The notes below the pieces were generated by a model. It was given only the letters and a program-made list of their open reading frames with translations, did not search any database and had not been told where the DNA came from. From NCBI RefSeq assembly GCF_001644705.1, contig NZ_CP015137.1, forward strand, positions 4,860,001-4,892,000: a stretch of DNA of 32,000 nt, written 5' to 3'. Below are positions 26,664 through 32,000 of the stretch, one piece after another (the stretch's first letter is position 1; each line of letters starts with the position of its first letter). The translations under genes and the position numbers were made by a program. Source of the DNA: Dickeya solani IPO 2222. Lineage in GTDB: Bacteria > Pseudomonadota > Gammaproteobacteria > Enterobacterales > Enterobacteriaceae.

Positions 26664-26765
26664 CCGGACTCTCCTGCTGCGGAACCTGACGGTTCCTGTC
26701 GTTATGAAGTACACGTGGGTTTTGCTCACTGAGGCGTAGGGTAGCCAGCTGGGTAAGTGTCAGAA

Positions 26766-26779
26766 TTGACAGCGATCAA
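26766..26779. promoter_or_regulatory. FNR box TTGAC-AGCG-ATCAA of the narG promoter
   Basis: It has 9/10 match to TTGAT-N4-ATCAA. The centre lies about 110 bp upstream of the narG ATG, which is compatible with a class II (-41.5) site and a leader of about 65-70 nt. Confidence 0.7.
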
Positions 26780-26848
26780 GCCAGCCCGGGCCGATTTGCG
26801 CGGGGTACAGCGGAGATACCACTAAAGGATTATTCGAAAAAAACAATC

Positions 26849-26861
26849 TAATGAACTGATA
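26849..26861 (-). promoter_or_regulatory. candidate IHF site (TATCAGTTCATTA on minus strand)
   Basis: It matches WATCAR-N4-TTR inside an A/T tract. It lies about 83 bp upstream of the FNR centre, i.e. near -125 if FNR is at -41.5, as in the E. coli narG promoter. Confidence 0.4.
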
Positions 26862-26991
26862 AAAAAGAAAATTTATTGATGTGCAACGATCAGGTGAGAC
26901 TATACTTACCCCCGGTGACTATTTGGAGGTAGTAGGTCGTATCAGGCGACCAAAACCGGTTTTATCCCAGCCGCCCAACCTGTGACTGCGG

Positions 26992-27882
26992 TTAGCCGTA
27001 TCGCGGTAAATCCTGCGCCAGAAAATCCAATAGCGTGCGGAGCGTGGCGGGCATATGCCGCCGCGACACATAGCAGGCGTAAATACCCAGCGCCTGAGTC
27101 TGGTAGTCGGGCAACAGCAGCGTCAGTTCCCCGGCTTCCAGTCCGACTCGCGCCACAAATTCCGGCAGACAGGCGATGCCTTCGCCGGCTCGCGCCGCAT
27201 TCAACAGCACCAGCGTATCGTTAGCGATAACGCGCCCCGCCACCATCACCCGGTGCAACGCCCCGCTATCCCGGTGCGTGAAGCACCATTCCCTGCCGAG
27301 GCGTGTGTGATTGAGGCAATCGTGCCGTATCAGGTCATTCGGCGTGACCGGGTGCGCATGGCGGGCCAGATAGTCCGGCGCGGCGCACACCACCGACGCG
27401 CAGTGGCCTAGCGGTTTGGCAATCAGGTTGTGATCCGGCGTGTTAGTGACATCCACCGACAGATCAATACGCTCTTCCACCAGCTTGATGGTGCGATCCG
27501 TCAATATCAATTCCGTGGTGGTATGCGGGTAACGGGCGCGATAGCGGCTCAGCGCCTGCGCCAGATAAGACTGCCCGAACGACACGCTGCTCGCGATACG
27601 AATCACCCCGTGCGGCTCGGTATCGCCGTGGCCGGAAAGCACCGCCATGTCCTCCGACAACGCCAGAATCTGGCGGCAGCGCACCAGCATGTCGTTACCG
27701 GCGCTGGTCAGCCCCAGACTGCGGGTCGAACGATGCAGCAGCCGCACGCCCAGCCAGTGCTCCAGCGAGGCAATGTAACGCGTGGCCATCGAGCGCGACA
27801 TGTCCAGTTTGTTCGCCGCCGCCGTCAGGCTGCCCAGATCCGCCACATCCACAAACACCTGCATCGCGATAAGACGATCCAT
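26992..27882 (-). CDS. LysR-family transcriptional regulator
   Basis: ORF 26992..27912. I prefer the ATG at 27882 (MDRLIAMQVFVDVADLGSLTAAANKLDMSRSMATRYIASLEHWLGVRLLHRSTR, a LysR wHTH). It is divergent from the MBL-fold gene. Confidence 0.88.
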   Translation of the reverse strand: MDRLIAMQVFVDVADLGSLTAAANKLDMSRSMATRYIASLEHWLGVRLLHRSTRSLGLTSAGNDMLVRCRQILALSEDMAVLSGHGDTEPHGVIRIASSVSFGQSYLAQALSRYRARYPHTTTELILTDRTIKLVEERIDLSVDVTNTPDHNLIAKPLGHCASVVCAAPDYLARHAHPVTPNDLIRHDCLNHTRLGREWCFTHRDSGALHRVMVAGRVIANDTLVLLNAARAGEGIACLPEFVARVGLEAGELTLLLPDYQTQALGIYACYVSRRHMPATLRTLLDFLAQDLPRYG

Positions 27883-27986
27883 AGCGCTCCTATTGACCGA
27901 TATATGCAACAAACTATGGCCTATTTTAGGGTTTATTCGCTCACGTCAGGAAGCAATAATAATTCTCTGTCTGTAGACATGCTGCT

Positions 27987-29009
27987 ATGAGATTGATTAT
28001 GTTTAAAAAATACCTCTTGTTGTATCTTACTGCCGGACTGCTGGCGGCGCCGGGCACCTCCGCGCTGGCGCAAACACCGCCGTCCCCCACCCACACCGCC
28101 GCGCCGCAGCCATTAGACGGTTGCCCGTCGGATGCCATCAACGCGCGGTTTACTGAATTTGGCCGTACCGGCCGCATGCCGCCAGACCTGAACCAGTGGC
28201 TGAATGATCCGAAGGCGCAGGCTATCCCACCCTATCAGGCGTTCGACAATGTCTACTTCGTCGGGGTTTGCTGGGTTTCCGCCTGGCTGATTAAAACCAG
28301 CGGCGGTCCGGTGCTGATTGATACGCTGCATGAACCGTATGTCGATCAGTTGATCGCCAATATCCGGCAGGTCGGCATTGACCCGGCGGAGATCAAACTG
28401 GTGTTGATGACCCACGGTCATTTCGACCATGTGGGCGGCGCTTATAAGATCAAAGCGTTGAGTCAGGCGCGATTTGTCATGACCCAGGCCGGCTGGGACG
28501 AAGCGCGGGAAGACGCCAGACAATCGCAACATTCGCCCCACCCCTGGAAAATGCTGGATAACGCCGACATCGTGGCGCAGGACGGCCAGACCTTCACCGT
28601 CGGCGATACCACCTTTTACGCTTACGCCACCCCCGGTCATACCTGGGGAACCACGTCCTACGCCTTTGATGTCAAAGACGGCGACAACACCTATCGGGCC
28701 ATCACCATCGGAGGAATGGGGTTGAATGCCATCGAAAATGCCCGTCAGGTACAGGCCTATATCGCCAGCATCGACCGCCTGAAACGGCTGAACACCGATC
28801 CGCAACATCCGATCGCGGTTCACCTGACCGCGCACCCGTTCAATACCGGATTAACGGAAGCGAAAGAACGCCTGAAAACGCGCCAGCCGGGAGAACCGCA
28901 CCCGCTGGTCGACCAGGCCGCCTTGATTAAACAACTGGATAGCGCCCGCGACGCGGCCGAACAACGCCTGAACGCCGAGCAGAAAAAAGAACGGGAAAAC
29001 ACGCGGTAA
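27987..29009 (+). CDS. secreted MBL-fold metallo-hydrolase (subclass-B3-like beta-lactamase fold)
   Basis: 340 aa; the start may instead be the ATG at 27999. Signal peptide MFKKYLLLYLTAGLLAAPGTSALA. The HxHxDH motif is MTHGHFDHVGG, with a later TPGHTWG His. Substrate cannot be inferred from the sequence alone. Confidence 0.8.
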   Translation: MRLIMFKKYLLLYLTAGLLAAPGTSALAQTPPSPTHTAAPQPLDGCPSDAINARFTEFGRTGRMPPDLNQWLNDPKAQAIPPYQAFDNVYFVGVCWVSAWLIKTSGGPVLIDTLHEPYVDQLIANIRQVGIDPAEIKLVLMTHGHFDHVGGAYKIKALSQARFVMTQAGWDEAREDARQSQHSPHPWKMLDNADIVAQDGQTFTVGDTTFYAYATPGHTWGTTSYAFDVKDGDNTYRAITIGGMGLNAIENARQVQAYIASIDRLKRLNTDPQHPIAVHLTAHPFNTGLTEAKERLKTRQPGEPHPLVDQAALIKQLDSARDAAEQRLNAEQKKERENTR

Positions 29010-29071
29010 GCGCCATAAGTTCAGATGCTATCTGCAGTTCAGATGCGGCCCGCAGCAATGGCGTTGGAAGG

Positions 29072-29104
29072 TATCGTGCCGGGGCTCGTCGCCTCGGCAC
29101 GATA
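29072..29104. other. inverted repeat TATCGTGCCG-N13-CGGCACGATA between the convergent MBL and narK genes
   Basis: Perfect 10-bp arms, read directly. There is no clear U-run on either strand, so a terminator role is uncertain. Confidence 0.35.
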
Positions 29105-29118
29105 CGATGAGATAAGCA

Positions 29119-30510
29119 TCAGGAACGGGTTTTACGTCCGTAACACAGCCAGGTGATAACCACACAGGCAATGTAGAACACCACGAAGATCTTCATCGCG
29201 CCGGCCGGCGAGCCGGTCATCGCCAGCGATGTGCCGAACGCTTTCGGGATGAAAAAGCCGCCGATAGCGCCGATGGCGGAGATGAATCCCAATGCCGCGG
29301 CGGTATCGGTCACCGCGCTGCGCTGCGCTTCGTCTTCGCCGCCGCCCTCTGAGGTCACCCTCTCTACCGTCAGCCCGCGGAAAATCACCGCGATCATCTG
29401 GAAGGTCGACCCGCTCCCCAGTCCGGCCGTCAAAAACAACAGCATGAAGATACCAAAAAACAGCAGGAAGGAGCCGGGCTGATTGTCACCCGGCAACGCG
29501 GTGAACAACAACACTGACAAGATCGCCATGAACACAAAATTGATCAGCGTCACCCGCACGCCGCCAAAGCGGTCCGACAGCATGCCGCCCACCGGGCGCG
29601 CCAGCGCCCCTAACAGCGGACCGCAAAAGGCGTAATGCAGGATAATCACATCCGGGAACTGGGTTTTCGATAGCATGGCGAAACCGGCGGAAAAACCGAT
29701 AAAAGAGCCGAACGCCGACAGATACAGTACGCTGAGGATCCACAGGTGCGCCCGCTTGAGCACCGGCAACTGCTGACGTAGCGACGCTTTGGCGGTGGAC
29801 AGATCGTTCATACCGAACCAGGCCGCCGCCGCCGCGATAAGCAGTAGCGGCACCCACACCCAGGGCGCATTCTGCAACCAGACCTGACCGCCGTCCGGCT
29901 GCGCCACGCCATTGCCGGTAAAACTCAGCACCGGCAGAAAAATCACTACCGGCACCAGCAACTGCATCACGCTGACGCCGAGATTACCGAAACCGCCATT
30001 CAGGCCCAGCGCGCTGCCCTGCTGCGCCTTCGGGAAAAAGAAGCTGATGTTGGCCATGCTGGAAGCGAAATTGGCGCCGGCGAACCCGCACAGCAACGAG
30101 ATAATAATGAATACGTTGTAGGGCGTTTGCGGATCCTGCACCACGAACCCCAGCCACACGCACGGGATGATCAGAATCAGCGTACTGAAGGTGGTCCAGC
30201 GGCGTCCGCCCGCCAGCGGAATAATAAACGAATACGGCACCCGCAGCAGCGCGCCGGATACCGACGGCAAGGCGGTCAACATAAACAGCTGATCGGTGGT
30301 GAAATGGAACCCAACTTTGTTCAGATTGACGGCCACGGTGCTGAACAACATCCAGACACAGAAAGCCAGCAACAGACAAGGAATTGAAATCCACAGGTTG
30401 CGCTGGGCAATGCCCCGCCCCTGTTTTTGCCAGAACTGAACGTCTTCCGGGCGCCAATCCCGGATAACAGTCTGTCGTGAATCGCCTGGCGTAATGGTTG
30501 ACTGCGTCAT
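29119..30510 (-). CDS. narK: nitrate/nitrite antiporter (MFS)
   Basis: 463 aa. DWRPEDVQFWQKQGRGIAQRNLWISIPCLLLAFCVWMLFSTVAVNLNKVGFHFTTDQLFMLTALPSVSGALLRVPYSF is almost colinear with E. coli NarK. Confidence 0.95.
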   Translation of the reverse strand: MTQSTITPGDSRQTVIRDWRPEDVQFWQKQGRGIAQRNLWISIPCLLLAFCVWMLFSTVAVNLNKVGFHFTTDQLFMLTALPSVSGALLRVPYSFIIPLAGGRRWTTFSTLILIIPCVWLGFVVQDPQTPYNVFIIISLLCGFAGANFASSMANISFFFPKAQQGSALGLNGGFGNLGVSVMQLLVPVVIFLPVLSFTGNGVAQPDGGQVWLQNAPWVWVPLLLIAAAAAWFGMNDLSTAKASLRQQLPVLKRAHLWILSVLYLSAFGSFIGFSAGFAMLSKTQFPDVIILHYAFCGPLLGALARPVGGMLSDRFGGVRVTLINFVFMAILSVLLFTALPGDNQPGSFLLFFGIFMLLFLTAGLGSGSTFQMIAVIFRGLTVERVTSEGGGEDEAQRSAVTDTAAALGFISAIGAIGGFFIPKAFGTSLAMTGSPAGAMKIFVVFYIACVVITWLCYGRKTRS

Positions 30511-30579
30511 AAAAAGCCTCGGTCAGTAAAAATACCTCTATCACTACGCGCCACATTAGAAGGTATGTCCGGGGCAAAG

Positions 30580-30593
30580 TTGATATACATCAA
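30580..30593. promoter_or_regulatory. perfect FNR box TTGAT-ATAC-ATCAA of the narK promoter
   Basis: It has 10/10 match to the consensus. The centre is 76 bp upstream of the narK ATG. Confidence 0.75.
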
Positions 30594-30736
30594 CAGGTTG
30601 TTGGGTAAAAAAATGCGCCTCTTTCGCTACCACTCCCAAGGGGGTAAGCGATAGTGACAAGTTAATGTCGTAGTTTCATACTGTTATAGTCATTTGCTTT
30701 GTCACTGTACTCACTACCACCCCCTTATTGAAATTA

Positions 30737-30770
30737 AGGGGTACTTCTTTAGGGGTATAGGGTTACCCCT
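30737..30770. promoter_or_regulatory. cluster of three perfect NarL/NarP heptamers (TACCCCT)
   Basis: AGGGGTA lies at 30737..30743 and 30751..30757, and TACCCCT at 30764..30770. All three fit TACYYMT. Weaker heptamers (TACCACT, TACCACC) lie nearby, in the narK-narX intergenic region. Confidence 0.55.
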
Positions 30771-30930
30771 GAAAATAAGAAAAAATGACCTTGTGATGCG
30801 TGAGGCCGTTTCTCACAACAGGCAGTTGGACTCAAGCTTCTGTCGATCGCCATCAAAGCGTAGCACCATATCCGCGATATAGTTTTTATCACACAAACGC
30901 GTTTCCACTTTCGTTACAGGCGGTTTCCCG

Positions 30931-32000
30931 ATGTTCAGACGCTTTCGGCTTCCACTCTCGCTGGTCAATCAGGTGGCGTTGCTGATGTTGCTGCTGGGCC
31001 TGTTGGGGATTGCGGGCATGGCGGTTTCCAGCTGGATGTCGCAAAGCATTCAGGGCAATGCGCACGCCATCAATACCGCCGGCTCTCTGCGTATGCAAAG
31101 CTACCGGTTGCTGTCGATGGTGCCGCTCAACGCCGACAGTGAACGCTATTTGCAGGAACTGGAACGAGATGAAAACGACGACGACCTGCGTCAGGCGGTG
31201 ATGCGCGAGGGACTGAGCGAACAATTCAGCATCTTACGCCATTACTGGGCGGAACAGCTTAAACCACGCCTGCGCCAGGCTGAACGCCCGACCGATGCCG
31301 CCGCCACGGTAGCAGACTTCGTCCACCATCTGGATACGCTGGTGCTGGCCATCGACCAGAAAACCGAGGCGCACCTGCGGCTGGTGACGCTGGTACAACG
31401 CATTTTTATCGGCATCATGCTGTCGCTATTGCTGATCACCTTTTTCTATTTGCGCCACCGCTTGCTGGCACCCTGGCGTAAGCTGGTGTCGATGGCGCAG
31501 GCCATCGGTCAGGGCGAATTCCATCAGCGTGTAACGCTACGCGGTCAGGATGAAATGAGCACGCTGGCGCAGGCGCTGAACAATATGTCGGATGAGCTGT
31601 CGGCAATGTACCGCGATCTGGAACGACGGGTGACGGACAAGACCGCTGACCTACAGCAAAAGAACGACACGCTGGAGTTTCTCTACCGCGCCAGCCGCCG
31701 GCTGCATACCAGTGCGCCGCTATGCAGCCGACTGCTGCCGGTGCTGGATGAGCTGAGCGCGCTGATGCCGCTGTCCGATATCCGATTACAGCTTTATGAA
31801 GACAATCATCAGGCACATGTCACCCCCTCCAGCCTGACGCACATTCCCGACCCCGACGCCTGCCCGGACAGTCACTGCCAACGCTGCTATCACCTTTCGC
31901 CGCCCCACATGCCGACCGAAGGCAAACCGGTAAGCTGGAATCTGCACGACAAGCTCGGCCATTACGGCGTGGTGCTGGCGCGGCTGCCCGAAAATCAGCA
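30931..32000 (+). CDS. narX: nitrate/nitrite sensor histidine kinase, 5' part (runs off the right edge)
   Basis: The frame is open from the ATG at 30931 to the window end (356 codons). It is absent from the ORF track because there is no stop in-window. MFRRFRLPLSLVNQVALLMLLLG...GNAHAINTAGSLRMQSYRLL carries the P-box. A HAMP-like region and the Cys-rich central region are colinear with E. coli NarX. Confidence 0.9.
   Translation, partial: MFRRFRLPLSLVNQVALLMLLLGLLGIAGMAVSSWMSQSIQGNAHAINTAGSLRMQSYRLLSMVPLNADSERYLQELERDENDDDLRQAVMREGLSEQFSILRHYWAEQLKPRLRQAERPTDAAATVADFVHHLDTLVLAIDQKTEAHLRLVTLVQRIFIGIMLSLLLITFFYLRHRLLAPWRKLVSMAQAIGQGEFHQRVTLRGQDEMSTLAQALNNMSDELSAMYRDLERRVTDKTADLQQKNDTLEFLYRASRRLHTSAPLCSRLLPVLDELSALMPLSDIRLQLYEDNHQAHVTPSSLTHIPDPDACPDSHCQRCYHLSPPHMPTEGKPVSWNLHDKLGHYGVVLARLPENQ

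Noticed and set aside
26664-26729. Upstream starts for narG (26729), gabT (4708), gabD (3358), the LysR gene (27912) and the SBP gene (1614), as given by the longest-ORF track
   Set aside because: The internal ATGs reproduce the conserved N-termini of the respective families and have better Shine-Dalgarno spacing. The extensions have no homology-like character.
26876-26893. Second FNR-like sequence TTGAT-GTGCAACG-ATCAG upstream of narG
   Set aside because: The half-sites are separated by 8 nt instead of 4, so it does not fit an FNR/CRP-family dimer site.
28113-30577. 240-aa ORF antisense to the MBL gene, and 197-aa / 123-aa alternative-frame ORFs within narK
   Set aside because: They have no motifs and overlap confidently assigned genes, so they are compositional artefacts.
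30889-31816. Minus-strand ORFs 30889..31224, 31242..31439 and 31436..31816
   Set aside because: They lie antisense to the open narX reading frame, which has no stop in the window and so is missing from the ORF track. The narX translation matches E. coli NarX, including the P-box.

Overview
High-GC (about 58-60% by eye) enterobacterial chromosome segment. Gene content and GC suggest a Pectobacteriaceae-like genome such as Dickeya or Brenneria, but that is inference only. From left to right: (1) an ABC-transporter SBP and permease (minus strand), gabD-gabT (minus), a divergent MocR/GabR-type regulator, a lone ABC ATPase gene, an 18-bp x4 tandem repeat, and pptA. (2) A low-GC islet carrying a DUF1852 (MesX-like) gene plus a core-MetE (MesD-like) folate-independent methionine synthase pair. 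(3) A higher-GC ketopantoate-reductase-like oxidoreductase and a GST. (4) A low-GC accessory island of about 5.3 kb. It holds two small orphan ORFs and a translationally overlapped DUF4297/Cap4-like nuclease + HerA-type ATPase operon, which is a candidate anti-phage system and the most interesting locus here. It also holds a 450-bp AT-rich leader and a minimal phd-doc toxin-antitoxin cassette. That cassette is bracketed by two diverged copies of the 3' end plus terminator of the neighbouring iron-type alcohol dehydrogenase gene. (5) Core genes: Fe-ADH, a NUDIX hydrolase, and narGHJI (minus) with an E. coli-like FNR/IHF/NarL promoter layout. A LysR regulator + secreted MBL-fold hydrolase pair sits between narG and narK, followed by narK and the 5' part of narX. 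I found no tRNA, rRNA, CRISPR array, integrase or transposase. The long ORFs antisense to the high-GC genes are judged artefacts.
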